Source of the DNA: Candidatus Multivorans sp.
GTDB taxonomy: Bacteria; Acidobacteriota; Thermoanaerobaculia; Multivoradales; Multivoraceae
Direction of reading: 5' to 3'
Assembly (NCBI GenBank): GCA_965205095.1
Contig: OZ242040.1
Span: 455,787 to 519,786, forward strand
Length of the DNA stretch: 64,000 nucleotides
Part shown: in pieces, positions 9,666 through 19,552 of the stretch
Layout: every line of letters starts with the position of its first letter
Numbering within the stretch: position 1 is the first letter of the stretch
Made by a program: the position numbers and the translations under genes
The notes under the pieces: generated by a model
The model's database searches: none
Seen by the model: the letters and a program-made list of their open reading frames with translations, nothing else
Told to the model about the DNA's origin: nothing

Positions 9666-10580
9666 ATGGGAGTCGTCGAAAAGTGGCATGAATGCCTGGG
9701 CCGGGGGGAGATCCTGCTCCTCGACGGCGGCACTGGGACGGAACTGGAGCGGCGGGGGGTGCCGATGGACTCGGCGGCCTGGTGCGGGACGGCGGCGCTG
9801 GAGCACCAGGACGCGATCCGGGATCTGCACGAGGAGTACATCCGTTGCGGCGCGGACGCGATCATCACGAACACGTTCGCGACTCACCGTCCGCTGCTTG
9901 AGGCCGCGGGCCTGGGCGACAGGGTCGGCCTGATCGTGCGGCGCGCCGTGGAAGCTGCGCTGGAGGCGCGCGAGCGGGCCGGGTGTCCCGGCGTGCTCGT
10001 GGCCGGGTCCATGTCGACCATGGCGGCGAACAACATCCAGGGCGGCTACCCGCCGGCCGGCGAGCAGATCGCGGTCTACCGGGAGCAGTGCGGGCTTCTG
10101 GCCGAGGCGGGAGTCGACGTGATCGCGCTCGAGATGATGCAGTTCCACGAGCGTGCCCTGCTTGCCTTCAGGGCAGCGAAGGAGACGGGTTTGCCGGTTT
10201 GGCTCGGAGTCAGCGCCCGAAAGGACCCGGAAACCGGCGCGATCACGCCCTTCAACTGGCCCGACGAGTCCTTCGAGGAGTTGCTGGACACGCTGATCCC
10301 GCTCGGCCCCTCGATCGTCCACGTGATGCACAGCGAGATCGCGGCAGTCCCGGAAGCGGTAGCGATGGTCCAGGAACGCTGGGACGGACCCGTCGGCGTC
10401 TACCCGGAGTCGGGTTACTTCACGATGCCGAACTGGAACTTCGTCGACGTGATCGAGCCGGCCGATCTGCTGGAGGAGGCGCGCGGCTGGGTGGCCGCGG
10501 GTGTTCAGATCGTCGGAGGCTGCTGCGGTTTGGGGCCCGAGCACATCCGCGCGCTGGGTGCGCTGCGCGGCGCGGGCTGA
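9666..10580 (+). CDS. mmuM: homocysteine S-methyltransferase
   Basis: LLDGGTGTELERRG ... IVGGCCGLGPEHI (the zinc-binding Cys pair typical of the Pfam S-methyl_trans family). Confidence 0.8.
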   Translation: MGVVEKWHECLGRGEILLLDGGTGTELERRGVPMDSAAWCGTAALEHQDAIRDLHEEYIRCGADAIITNTFATHRPLLEAAGLGDRVGLIVRRAVEAALEARERAGCPGVLVAGSMSTMAANNIQGGYPPAGEQIAVYREQCGLLAEAGVDVIALEMMQFHERALLAFRAAKETGLPVWLGVSARKDPETGAITPFNWPDESFEELLDTLIPLGPSIVHVMHSEIAAVPEAVAMVQERWDGPVGVYPESGYFTMPNWNFVDVIEPADLLEEARGWVAAGVQIVGGCCGLGPEHIRALGALRGAG

Positions 10581-10593
10581 GAACGACGGAGCG

Positions 10594-11082
10594 ATGGCGG
10601 CGGATACAGCAGGCGAGCAGGACCGGGCGAAAGCGGCCTTTGAACCGCCGGTCCTGGTGCTGGCCTGCCTCGTGCTCGGCTTCGGACTGTCGTGGTTGCT
10701 GCCGCTGCGAATCTGGCCCGCCGGGACGAACCGGCCGGTCGTGGTTGCCGGAGTGGCGTTCGTCGTCGCGAGCTTTGCCCTCCTCGCGTGGGCGGCCCGG
10801 ACAATGGTTCGGGGCGGCTCCTCGCTGCCGGTGCATCGTCCGACCGAGCGTCTGGTCATTCGCGGGCCGTACCGTTGGTCCCGCAACCCGATCTACACCG
10901 CCATGGTGCTGGCCTTCCTGGGCCTGGGGCTCGCGAGGGCCAGTTGGTGGTTTATCGGGCTGGCCGTCGCCGCGGCGCTGCTGCTCCGGTGGGGCGTGAT
11001 CCTGCGCGAAGAGGCTTACCTGGTCGGCAAGTTCGGCGACGAGTACCGCGAGTATGCGAACCGCGTCCGGCGTTGGCTGTAA
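10594..11082 (+). CDS. isoprenylcysteine carboxyl methyltransferase (ICMT/PEMT) family membrane methyltransferase
   Basis: Multi-TM protein with LVIRGPYRWSRNPIY..LREEAYLVGKFGDEYREY, the ICMT family C-terminal signature. Confidence 0.7.
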   Translation: MAADTAGEQDRAKAAFEPPVLVLACLVLGFGLSWLLPLRIWPAGTNRPVVVAGVAFVVASFALLAWAARTMVRGGSSLPVHRPTERLVIRGPYRWSRNPIYTAMVLAFLGLGLARASWWFIGLAVAAALLLRWGVILREEAYLVGKFGDEYREYANRVRRWL

Positions 11083-13411
11083 GGAGCTGCTGCTGCCAGC
11101 CGCGCTGGCGCTGGGCGTCTTCGCCTGCGCCGCCGAGCCGGAGGACGCGCCGCCCGGCCTGGTCGAGGCGGATGTCGCACGCCTTCTCGCTGGCGCTTCG
11201 AACGAGCGACCTCCGGTCATCCTGATCACGATCGACACGTTGCGGGCCGACCGGCTGTCGAGCTACGGCTCGGACCGGGTCGCGACGCCGCACCTCGACC
11301 GTCTGGCGGAGGAGGGCATCCGCTTCGCCAACGCGTCGTCGACGGTGCCGTTCACGCTGCCGGCGCACAGCTCGATCATGACGGGGCTCTACCCGCCGTC
11401 TCACGGGGTGCGCGAGAACGTCGGCTACGTGCTGGCGCCCGAGCTGGCGACGATTGCCGAGCGGTTCCAGGACGCCGGCTACCGGACCGGCGGTTTCGTC
11501 AGCGCCTTCGTGCTCGATGCGCGCTGGGGAATCGACCGCGGCTTCGACACCTACGTCGACGACTTCGACCTGGACGCGATGGCGGGCGCCAACCTGGGCT
11601 CGGTCCAGCGGGCCGGCCCGGAGACGATCGCGCACGCGCTGGAATGGCTCGACGGCGTGGGCGGGGAGGAGCCCTTCTTCCTCTGGCTCCACCTGTTCGA
11701 TCCCCACGATCCGTACGACCCGCCGGAACCGTTCCGGTCGGAGTACCAGGGCCGGCCCTACGACGGCGAGGTCGCCTACACCGATTCCCTGATCGGCGAG
11801 TTCCGCGCCGCCCTCGAGGAACGCGGTCTCTTCGATGAATCCGTCCTCGTGCTGACGTCGGACCACGGCGAGGGACTGGGCGACCACGGCGAGAGCTACC
11901 ACGGCTTCTTCGTCTACGACTCCACCGTCCACGTGCCGCTCATCGTCCGGCTGCCCGGCGGCACGGAGCGCGGCCGGGTGGTCGGCGACGCGGTGAGCCA
12001 CGTCGACATCGCGCCGACTCTGATCGAGCTTCTGGACCTCGACGGGGCTGGAGAAGGCCAGGGCCGGAGTCTGCTCCCGGACATGCAGGGACTGCCGAAT
12101 CCTCTTGCCGCACGGAGCGTGTACGCCGAGTCCTTCTACGCGCTCGACCACTACGGCTGGGCGCCGCTTCGCTCGCTGCGCACGGCGGAGCACAAGTACA
12201 TCGAAGCGCCGGAACCCGAACTCTACGCCCTGCTCGAAGACCCGGGCGAGCTCGCGAACGTCCTGCTCGAAGAGCGCGACCTGTCGCGCCGGCTGCGGGC
12301 GGAGGCTCTCGAACTTTCGGCGGAGCTCGATCGGGCGGCCCCGAGTTCCAGCGCGGAACCGGATCTCGACGAGGACACGCTGGCGCAGTTGCGAGCGCTC
12401 GGTTACCTCGCCGGACGCGGTGCCGCCGGCCGGGGGGATTCCGAAAGCCCGCGCGCCGACCCGAAGGACAAGGCCCACCTGCATCGGGCCATCATGCGGG
12501 CGCAAAGCGCCTTCGGCGCCGGCGACGAGGACGCGGCCGCGGCCGAGCTGCGGGCGGCGCTGTCCGAGGACGATGGGCTGCTCGATGCACACCAGCTCCT
12601 GGGCACGATCACGCTTCTCGCGGGCGATCCGGAGCCGGCGATCGGCCACTTCCAGAGCGCGCTGGCCCTCGATTCCGAGCACCGGCAGTCCCTGCTTGGC
12701 CTCGCCAACGCCTACCGCGAACTGGGACGCATCGACGAGGCGGTGGTCGGCTACCGCCGGCTGCTCGAAGTCGCGGGTCAGGACGCGAAGGCGACGATGG
12801 CGCTGGCGCGGATCCACGTCGACCGCGGCGAGCTGAGCGAAGCGGAGCAGGTGCTGACGGCCGCCGCCGAAGGACGCGAACCGCCAGCAGTCGTTGCGAA
12901 CAAGCTGGGCGAGGTGATGGCGCTCCTGGGCCGTAGCGGCGACGCGGAGGCGAAGTTCCGGGAGGCCATCTCATCGAACCCGGAACTCGGCGAGGCCCAC
13001 TTCAACCTGGCCGTTCTGCTGGATGAGTCGGGGAGGATGGAGGACGCGGTCACCGCCTACCGGCAGGCGGAGGAACTGCGCCCGCGCGACCATCGGCCCC
13101 GCTTCAATCTCGGCCGCCTCTACGGCCGGCAGGGCCGCGCGGACCTCCAGATCGAGGCCTACCGCGGCGCGGTCGAGGCGGCGCCGGACTTCACCGTCGG
13201 CTACTTCCACCTGGCGAAGGCCTTGATGGACCACGGGCGGGACCTCAGGGAAGCGGAGACGTTCGCGCGCCGCGGTCTGGAGGGCGAGCCGACCGGTCGG
13301 GACGGCGCGCTCGGTTACTTCGTGCTCGCCGACATCCTGAACCGGCTGGGGAGACCGGCCGAGGAGCGGCAGGCGCTGGCCCGCGGACAGGAACTTCTCG
13401 ACCGCCGCTGA
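11054..13411 (+). CDS. sulfatase-family (alkaline-phosphatase superfamily) enzyme fused to C-terminal TPR repeats; lipoprotein
   Basis: Lipobox signal LALGVFACAAE. Sulfatase core motifs (ILITIDTLRADRL, TSDHGE) are followed by about 350 aa of TPR-like repeats. Confidence 0.75.
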   Translation: MRTASGVGCKELLLPAALALGVFACAAEPEDAPPGLVEADVARLLAGASNERPPVILITIDTLRADRLSSYGSDRVATPHLDRLAEEGIRFANASSTVPFTLPAHSSIMTGLYPPSHGVRENVGYVLAPELATIAERFQDAGYRTGGFVSAFVLDARWGIDRGFDTYVDDFDLDAMAGANLGSVQRAGPETIAHALEWLDGVGGEEPFFLWLHLFDPHDPYDPPEPFRSEYQGRPYDGEVAYTDSLIGEFRAALEERGLFDESVLVLTSDHGEGLGDHGESYHGFFVYDSTVHVPLIVRLPGGTERGRVVGDAVSHVDIAPTLIELLDLDGAGEGQGRSLLPDMQGLPNPLAARSVYAESFYALDHYGWAPLRSLRTAEHKYIEAPEPELYALLEDPGELANVLLEERDLSRRLRAEALELSAELDRAAPSSSAEPDLDEDTLAQLRALGYLAGRGAAGRGDSESPRADPKDKAHLHRAIMRAQSAFGAGDEDAAAAELRAALSEDDGLLDAHQLLGTITLLAGDPEPAIGHFQSALALDSEHRQSLLGLANAYRELGRIDEAVVGYRRLLEVAGQDAKATMALARIHVDRGELSEAEQVLTAAAEGREPPAVVANKLGEVMALLGRSGDAEAKFREAISSNPELGEAHFNLAVLLDESGRMEDAVTAYRQAEELRPRDHRPRFNLGRLYGRQGRADLQIEAYRGAVEAAPDFTVGYFHLAKALMDHGRDLREAETFARRGLEGEPTGRDGALGYFVLADILNRLGRPAEERQALARGQELLDRR

Positions 13412-13420
13412 GCCAGGCGC

Positions 13421-14290
13421 TCAGCGGCCTGGGCCGGCGGCGAGCGTTGAGGCCACGAGGACCGCCATCTGCTCCGGATCCTCCAGCGGGCCGAGGTGGC
13501 CGAGCCCCTCGACCTGGAGGAAGAGCACGTTCGGCAACTCGCTGACGATCGCCTCGGCCCAGTACGCGGGTCCCGGTATGAGCACGGATCCCCGCATCAG
13601 GGTCACCGGGCACTCCACCTGGCGGAGCCCGTCCCAGGCACGGTGGTGGGGCCCCATGAGGTAGAACTGCGCCTCGACGTCGGGGTGACACTTGATCTCG
13701 ACCGCGCCGTCCGCCGACGGTGCGAAGCCATGCCGGACGTACACGTCGAGCGCTTCCGGGTCGATCAGCGAGTAAGGCACCTTCTCCGCGTAGTTGGCGA
13801 CGGCGGCTTCGTACGACGGGAAGCGTCTGCGCCGACGCCGGGTCCGTTCGACCCAGACGCCGAGGCGGGCGTCGTCGTCCGTGACGCCCGGTGGATAGAT
13901 GACCGGTTCGTAGCAGACGAGGCCGGCGAACAGGCCCGGCCTCTTTGGCGCGATCATCAGCAGCGCGGCGGCGCCCATCGAGTGGCCGAAGCCGAACAGC
14001 GGTCGTTCTGCGCCGAGTTCCAGCGCGTCGATCACCGCGACCAGATCCTCCGCACAGCTCTCCCAACTGTAGTCGAGGCCGTCCGGCGCGGTCGCGTCGC
14101 CGTGCCCCCGCACGTCGACGCTGATCCGGCGAAAGCCGTCGAGGTGCTCGAGCATCGGGTCGTAGACCCGCCCGTGGAATCCGGTGGCGTGACCGGCGAT
14201 CAGGTCGGGGCCATCGCCGCCGAAGTCGTAGACGGCGAGTTCGACGCCGTCGGTGGACTGGACGCGGTGGACGGAAACCGGTTCGAGCAT
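13421..14290 (-). CDS. alpha/beta hydrolase
   Basis: HATGFHG ... GHSMGAAAL nucleophile elbow and a C-terminal GHLGP motif. Confidence 0.7.
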   Translation of the reverse strand: MLEPVSVHRVQSTDGVELAVYDFGGDGPDLIAGHATGFHGRVYDPMLEHLDGFRRISVDVRGHGDATAPDGLDYSWESCAEDLVAVIDALELGAERPLFGFGHSMGAAALLMIAPKRPGLFAGLVCYEPVIYPPGVTDDDARLGVWVERTRRRRRRFPSYEAAVANYAEKVPYSLIDPEALDVYVRHGFAPSADGAVEIKCHPDVEAQFYLMGPHHRAWDGLRQVECPVTLMRGSVLIPGPAYWAEAIVSELPNVLFLQVEGLGHLGPLEDPEQMAVLVASTLAAGPGR

Positions 14291-14328
14291 CGGCCGGGGA
14301 AACTAGCAGCATCCGGCTCAGGCCCTCG

Positions 14329-15486
14329 TTGCAGAATAGGGCGATGCCCAAGCATGTGACCCGGTTCAGCCGGGGAAGCCGCCGCTCGGCGGAGAGCATC
14401 CGGGTGTGGCGGCTGCAGATCGGCTTCCTGCTGCTCCTCTCGATCACGGCTGTGCAGGTCGTCTGGTGGCTGGTCGACCAGTCCAGGCTGGCGGACCGCA
14501 TCGCCTCCGACCGCGTCGCCGAGGTCGAACTGGACCGGGCGGCGGCGGATGCGTCGCTGCGCGCCGGTCAGTCGACCGGGGAACTGCGCGCCCTGTACCC
14601 GCACCTGGAGATCGAAGCCGGGGAGGTGAGGATACGGGCGGCGGCCCGCGCGGCGATCGAACGGGATCGACGCAGCCACCTGAACCAGTATCGCTGGGAG
14701 GGGGGGTTCTTTCTCGCGGTGATCGCGGGCGGGGTACTGCTTCTGTGGGGCGTGCTGCGCCGGGAGGCGGACCTCCTGTCCCGGCAGCAGAACTTCCTCG
14801 CCGCGGTGTCCCACGAGTTGCGGAGTCCGCTGGCGAGCCTGCGGCTGACGACGGAGACATTGCTGCTTCGTGACCTGGCGGCGGCGGATCGTCGCGAGCT
14901 GCTCGAGCGCAACCTGGAGGATCTGAGACGTCTGGAGCGGATGATCGGCAATCTCCTGGAGACGAACCGCCTGGAGCATGCGAAGGTCGAGCCGCGCCGC
15001 GAACCGGTCGACCTGGCGGAGGCGGTGTCCCTTGCCTTCGCCGAACTCGGACACCGGCACGACGGCGCCGAGGGCATCCAGATCGAGGTCAGGGTCGAGG
15101 ACGGCCTCGATCTGCAGGCGGATCCCGTGGGCCTGGGCACGGTGCTGCGGAACCTGATCGGCAACGCGATGGAGTCCGCCCAGGCAGCCGGCACGAGAGT
15201 GGAAGTCGTGGCCAGACGGTTGGACTCGAGCGTCGAGCTCGAAGTGCTCGACGACGGCGTCGGCTTCGACCCCGCGGACGGCCGTCGCCTGTTCGAGAAG
15301 TTCTACCGACCCGGCAGCGAGTTGCGGCGCGACAAGAAGGGCAGCGGTCTGGGGCTCTACCTGGTGCGGAGCTTCGTGACGCTCGAGGGAGGTGAAGTGG
15401 AGGCGACCAGCGAGGGCCCGGGCCGCGGTGCGGTGTTCCGGGTCACATGGCCGATCAGGCGGCAGGCCGCGGGGGCGGCGTCGTGA
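14329..15486 (+). CDS. sensor histidine kinase (two TM helices, HisKA + HATPase_c)
   Basis: H-box LAAVSHELRSPL, N-box LIGNAMESA and G-boxes DDGVGF / GSGLGL. Confidence 0.85.
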   Translation: MQNRAMPKHVTRFSRGSRRSAESIRVWRLQIGFLLLLSITAVQVVWWLVDQSRLADRIASDRVAEVELDRAAADASLRAGQSTGELRALYPHLEIEAGEVRIRAAARAAIERDRRSHLNQYRWEGGFFLAVIAGGVLLLWGVLRREADLLSRQQNFLAAVSHELRSPLASLRLTTETLLLRDLAAADRRELLERNLEDLRRLERMIGNLLETNRLEHAKVEPRREPVDLAEAVSLAFAELGHRHDGAEGIQIEVRVEDGLDLQADPVGLGTVLRNLIGNAMESAQAAGTRVEVVARRLDSSVELEVLDDGVGFDPADGRRLFEKFYRPGSELRRDKKGSGLGLYLVRSFVTLEGGEVEATSEGPGRGAVFRVTWPIRRQAAGAAS

Positions 15487-16199
15487 GACCCGTAGTCGAA
15501 GACCAAGTGCGGGTCCTGCTCATCGAGGACGAGGAGAACCTCGCCGCCGGCATCCGCTTCAACCTGGAGGCCGAGGGCCTCGATGTCGACTGGGTTCGCG
15601 ACGGCGGGCAGGCGCTGGAGCGGGTCCGGGACCCGCGCTACCAGCTCGTGATTCTCGACGTGATGTTGCCTGGCGTGGACGGATTCACGCTTTGCGAGGA
15701 GGCGCGTAGAGCTGGCGTCGATACGCCCGTCCTCTTCCTGACCGCCAAGGCGGAAGTGTCCGACCGGATTCGCGGGCTCGAGGCCGGAGGCGACGACTAT
15801 CTCGCGAAGCCGTTTCACCTGACGGAGCTCCTGCTGCGGGTGCAGGCGATCCTCCGGCGGCGGTCATGGCGTTCCGGCGACGCGCCTGACGCCGTGCGCT
15901 TCGGCGGCAACCACTTCGACTTCGCGGCCTTCGCCGGCGCCTCCTGGGACGGCCAGGCGCAGCAGTTGACCCAGAAGGAGGCGATGATCCTCAAGACCCT
16001 GGCGGAGCGGGAGGGCGAAGTCGTCTCGCGCGAGGACATCCTGGACCGCGTCTGGGGCTACGAGGCCTTCCCGTCGTCCCGGACGGTCGACAACTTCATC
16101 CTCCGGCTGCGCAAGCGCTTCGAACCCGACCCCGAGCGGCCGCGCCACTTCCACACCGTCCGCGGCGTCGGCTACCGGTTCACCGCGGACGCGGACTGA
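15483..16199 (+). CDS. OmpR-family response regulator
   Basis: A GTGA overlap couples it to the kinase. Receiver domain (VLLIEDEE..LDVMLPGVDG..LTAK) plus a winged-helix trans_reg_C domain (LTQKEAMILKTL..TVRGVGYRF). Confidence 0.85.
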   Translation: MRPVVEDQVRVLLIEDEENLAAGIRFNLEAEGLDVDWVRDGGQALERVRDPRYQLVILDVMLPGVDGFTLCEEARRAGVDTPVLFLTAKAEVSDRIRGLEAGGDDYLAKPFHLTELLLRVQAILRRRSWRSGDAPDAVRFGGNHFDFAAFAGASWDGQAQQLTQKEAMILKTLAEREGEVVSREDILDRVWGYEAFPSSRTVDNFILRLRKRFEPDPERPRHFHTVRGVGYRFTADAD

Positions 16200-16209
16200 G
16201 CCGCGGGCG

Positions 16210-16947
16210 CTACTCGACTTCGAGGAGCTCGAGTTCGAAGGTGAGGGCGGCGGCGGGCGGGATGGCTGGCGGCGAGCCGTCCGCGCCGTAGGCGAGTTCG
16301 GCGGGAATGAAGAGTTCCCACCTGGCGCCCGGCTTCATCAACTGCAACGCCTCCGACCAGCCGGCAATGAAGCCGCTGACGGGGTAGGTGGTCGGCTGGT
16401 CCCGGTCATAGGTGCTGTCGAACACCGTGCCGTCGATCAGGGTGCCGCGATAGTGGACGGTAACCGTCTGGTTCGCCGTGGGGCTGTCGCCGCTGCCCGC
16501 GCGGAGTTCCCGGTAGAGGAGACCGGAGTCCGTCTTGACGATGCCCTCTTCCCTGGCCTTCTCGGCAAGGAAGGCGGCGCTCTTGGCGGTGTTCTCCATC
16601 ATGGCCGCCTGTCGCGCCCGGTCGGCGTGCTCCTGCATCTTCTGGTTGAGCTCTCCCAGGACCTCGTCGATCTCGGCCTCCTCGAGGGCGGCTGTACCTT
16701 CCAGGGAGTCCAGGAATCCGCGTAGCAGCAGGTCCTTGTCGAGGTCCAGATCCCCGGCGCCCAGGTTGCTGCCGATGTTCAGACCGATCGCGTAAGAGGC
16801 CTTCTCATCCCACGTTTCGAGGGCTGCCGGCGGGTCGTCGGCCGCGGCAGTGGCAGTTTCCTGCGCGCAGGCGGGCGCGGCGAGGATGAGGGCGAGGAAC
16901 GGGGCAATCAACGGCCAGGGACGGCGTGGTGTCTTCATGCCGCGCAT
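16210..16947 (-). CDS. FKBP-type peptidyl-prolyl cis-trans isomerase (FkpA/Mip-like), periplasmic
   Basis: Signal peptide followed by the FKBP_N dimerisation helix and an FKBP_C domain (VTVHYRGTLIDGTVFDSTYDR...PVSGFIAGW). Confidence 0.8.
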   Translation of the reverse strand: MRGMKTPRRPWPLIAPFLALILAAPACAQETATAAADDPPAALETWDEKASYAIGLNIGSNLGAGDLDLDKDLLLRGFLDSLEGTAALEEAEIDEVLGELNQKMQEHADRARQAAMMENTAKSAAFLAEKAREEGIVKTDSGLLYRELRAGSGDSPTANQTVTVHYRGTLIDGTVFDSTYDRDQPTTYPVSGFIAGWSEALQLMKPGARWELFIPAELAYGADGSPPAIPPAAALTFELELLEVE

Positions 16948-16993
16948 CGTATCCGCAAGAGAGTCGGCGCGATCGCTTCGCTATCCTCGCCGC

Positions 16994-17788
16994 GTGCAGC
17001 CGCTGCAGTTGATCCTCGTGGCACTGGTGCAGGGGCTGACCGAGTACCTGCCGATCAGCTCGACGGCGCACCTCATCCTGCTGCCGCGGCTGTTCGGCTG
17101 GCCGGACCAGGGTCTGGCGGTGGACGTGGCGGCGAACACCGGCACACTGGTGGCCGTTGTCGCGTACTTCCGAAAGGACCTTGCCGTCTACGTGCGGGCG
17201 CTGTTCCAGGGCGGCGAGGCCGGCGACCCCGCTGCGAGGCGGATGATCCCGTTGCTGGCGCTGGCCTCGCTGCCGGTTCTCGTCGTCGGCATCGTGGCGG
17301 GCGACTGGATCGCCGGCGACGCCCGCAGTCCGGGCGTGATCGCCTGGGCGACGATCGGCTTCGGCCTGGTGCTCGGCGCCACGGATCGCTGGGGGGCGCA
17401 AGAGCGCCGGCTGGAGCAGGTGAACTGGCGGAATGCCCTGGTGTTCGGGCTGGCGCAGGCAGCGGCGCTCGTTCCGGGCGCTTCCCGGGCCGGCGTCGTC
17501 ATCAGCGCCGGCCGGTTGCTCGGTTTCGACCGCGAGTCGTCGGCCCGCTTCGCCTTCCTGCTGGCGCTGCCGGTGGGCGTCTTCGTCGCCGGCAAGGACA
17601 GTCTCGACCTGGTGAGCGGCACGTTGCCGCTGTCCCAACTGCCGTCGCTGCTCCTGGTCGCCGCGCTGTCGGCGGTGGTCGGCTACCTGGTCATCGGCGG
17701 CCTGCTCGGCTGGCTCAGACGGCGCAGCCTGCAGGTCTTCGTCGGCTACCGGCTGGCGCTGGGCTCCGTGCTGCTCGTGGTCTTCTAG
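16994..17788 (+). CDS. uppP: undecaprenyl-diphosphate phosphatase
   Basis: VQGLTEYLPISSTAHL and PGASRAG motifs with 8 TM helices. GTG start inferred. Confidence 0.85.
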   Translation: MQPLQLILVALVQGLTEYLPISSTAHLILLPRLFGWPDQGLAVDVAANTGTLVAVVAYFRKDLAVYVRALFQGGEAGDPAARRMIPLLALASLPVLVVGIVAGDWIAGDARSPGVIAWATIGFGLVLGATDRWGAQERRLEQVNWRNALVFGLAQAAALVPGASRAGVVISAGRLLGFDRESSARFAFLLALPVGVFVAGKDSLDLVSGTLPLSQLPSLLLVAALSAVVGYLVIGGLLGWLRRRSLQVFVGYRLALGSVLLVVF

Positions 17789-19544
17789 CCCGCATATTTC
17801 ACCGCGTGATCCAGTTCGGCCTTGCTGGGGTTGTTGCCGAGCAGTATCGGCGTCAAGCGGACCGGTCTGTCGGGTTTCACGGATCCGGCGGTTCCGATCG
17901 GCGGCTTTGGGGGTCGAAGATCGTCCAGGCCGTTGGTTTTCGACGGCAGGCAGAGGCGCCGAGGCGCACCTCGACGGCCGGTCTTTGCAGCAGGCGCGAG
18001 AGTTGGGGGGGAATCCCCCGAGGCTCAGGCAGCCGGTCGGTAGCGGGGTCGCTTGGCGAGGTTGTCAAGCGCGGCTTGGAAGTCGGTCTGCCAGGGGAAG
18101 GCGGAGGGCATTGCGAGGCGGATGCGTCGGTGGGTGATGCGTAGCTGGGCGGCGATCTTGAGCAGTTTGAGGCGGATGGTCCCGCACTGTGCGCGGGCGA
18201 ACTGGGTGCCGGCGAGGGCGATGCGCCGCAGAGCGGCCATGAGCACGTAGGCGAAGCTGGCCCAGTAGAGGCGCATCTGATTGCCGGCGATGGTCCTGGT
18301 CGAGGTGCGGTCGGCGAACAGGTCGAGCTGCTGCTCCTTGATGCGATTCTCCATGTCGCCGCGGGCGCAGTAGAGCTTCTCGTAGAGGTCCCGTTTGCCG
18401 GACCGGCTCGGCTTTAGGCTGGTGACCACGAAGCGCGGATTGCGTCCCCTGGGCAGCCACTCCGCCTTGCCCACCACGCGCCTCTTGCGAGACCAGGAGG
18501 ACAGCGTCCGGTGCCGGAACTCGCGGAACCGGCGCGAGGCCTCGCCTCTCTCCAGACAGCGCCGCCGGGACTTCCTGAGCGCCTTCTCGATGCGGCGCTC
18601 CAGGCGCTGATTGCGCGCCAGCCCGAACACGTAGTCCACGCCCTGTGCCTCGCACCACGCCATGATCTCCTCGCGGGCGAAGCCCGAGTCTCCCCGCAGG
18701 ATGATCCGGGTGTCCGACCAGACCGAGCGAATCTGCGGCACGATCCGACGAAGCTCCTCCACCGTGCCGGCGCTGGCGTCCCGATTCGACCTCCGCAGCC
18801 GGGCCAACAGCAGGTGCTCGCCGCAGAACATGTACAGCGGCAGGTAGCAGTACGAGCGATAGAAGCCGTGGAAGAACCGACCCTCCTGGGCGCCGTGCAG
18901 CGGATCGTCCGTCGCGTCGAGGTCCAGAACGATCTCCTCAGGCGCAGAATCGTGAGACTCCAGGAAGACGTCCACCAGCAGCCGGTCCAACGACTCATGA
19001 TCCGCCGCGATCCGCTTGTAGCGATCGCTCTGGGCCTGCTCCGGACGAGACAGCTCCAGCCGATTCAGACCGCTCGGAGAAGCCAGCGGATTGCCCCGGT
19101 CGCGCAGCCGACGACGATCTCCACCCGTGATGTCCGACTTGCCCACCAGAAGAGCCATCAGCCTGGAACGGCGAAGCTGATCGTGGTCATTCAGGTCCTC
19201 GTAGCCCAGCGCCACACCGTAGATCCGCTGAGACACCAGGTCCTGCACCGTGTGCTCCACCGCTGACGGATCGCGACAATCCCCAAAACAGCACGCCAAC
19301 CGCCTCATCAGCCCCAGACAAGCGTCCGTCTCCCGAAGCAGAAGACCGCCACCCTCCGAGGTCAGATCGCCGCCGTCGAAACCAGCCGTCACCCGACGAC
19401 GACCGTGGAAGCCAAACTCAAGCTGCGACGAAGTACACTCTGTCTTCACGGGTCTCTCTCCTGTGGATCTCCCAAATGCTTGTGAACACTTGGATTATCC
19501 GCCGGAAGAGACCCGATCTCAAAACCCTCGGTGAAATATCCGGG
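17789..19544. mobile_element. IS1380-family insertion sequence (about 1.76 kb) flanked by a 4-bp CTAG direct repeat
   Basis: Imperfect 16-bp terminal inverted repeats (CCCGCATATTTCACCG at 17789-17804 and CGGTGAAATATCCGGG at 19529-19544). CTAG sits on both flanks (17785-17788, 19545-19548). A single DDE transposase lies inside. Confidence 0.8.
18025..19449 (-). CDS. IS1380-family DDE transposase
   Basis: A 474-aa protein with an N-terminal LEFGFHGRR...SEGG motif and a DDE core, which is the characteristic IS1380 transposase architecture. Confidence 0.85.
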   Translation of the reverse strand: MKTECTSSQLEFGFHGRRRVTAGFDGGDLTSEGGGLLLRETDACLGLMRRLACCFGDCRDPSAVEHTVQDLVSQRIYGVALGYEDLNDHDQLRRSRLMALLVGKSDITGGDRRRLRDRGNPLASPSGLNRLELSRPEQAQSDRYKRIAADHESLDRLLVDVFLESHDSAPEEIVLDLDATDDPLHGAQEGRFFHGFYRSYCYLPLYMFCGEHLLLARLRRSNRDASAGTVEELRRIVPQIRSVWSDTRIILRGDSGFAREEIMAWCEAQGVDYVFGLARNQRLERRIEKALRKSRRRCLERGEASRRFREFRHRTLSSWSRKRRVVGKAEWLPRGRNPRFVVTSLKPSRSGKRDLYEKLYCARGDMENRIKEQQLDLFADRTSTRTIAGNQMRLYWASFAYVLMAALRRIALAGTQFARAQCGTIRLKLLKIAAQLRITHRRIRLAMPSAFPWQTDFQAALDNLAKRPRYRPAA

Positions 19545-19552
19545 CTAGCGCG

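Noticed and set aside
8134-12817. ORFs 8134..9933 +, 9594..10886 -, 9983..10999 +, 10420..11238 -, 10952..12817 -
   Set aside because: They lie antisense to, or out of frame with, metY, mmuM, ICMT and the sulfatase-TPR gene, all of which have clear family signatures. Their composition is Arg/Pro-rich junk.
13245-15194. ORFs 13245..14501 -, 13496..14359 +, 14200..15060 -, 14568..15194 -
   Set aside because: They overlap the alpha/beta hydrolase and histidine kinase in other frames and have no motifs. These are GC-frame artefacts.
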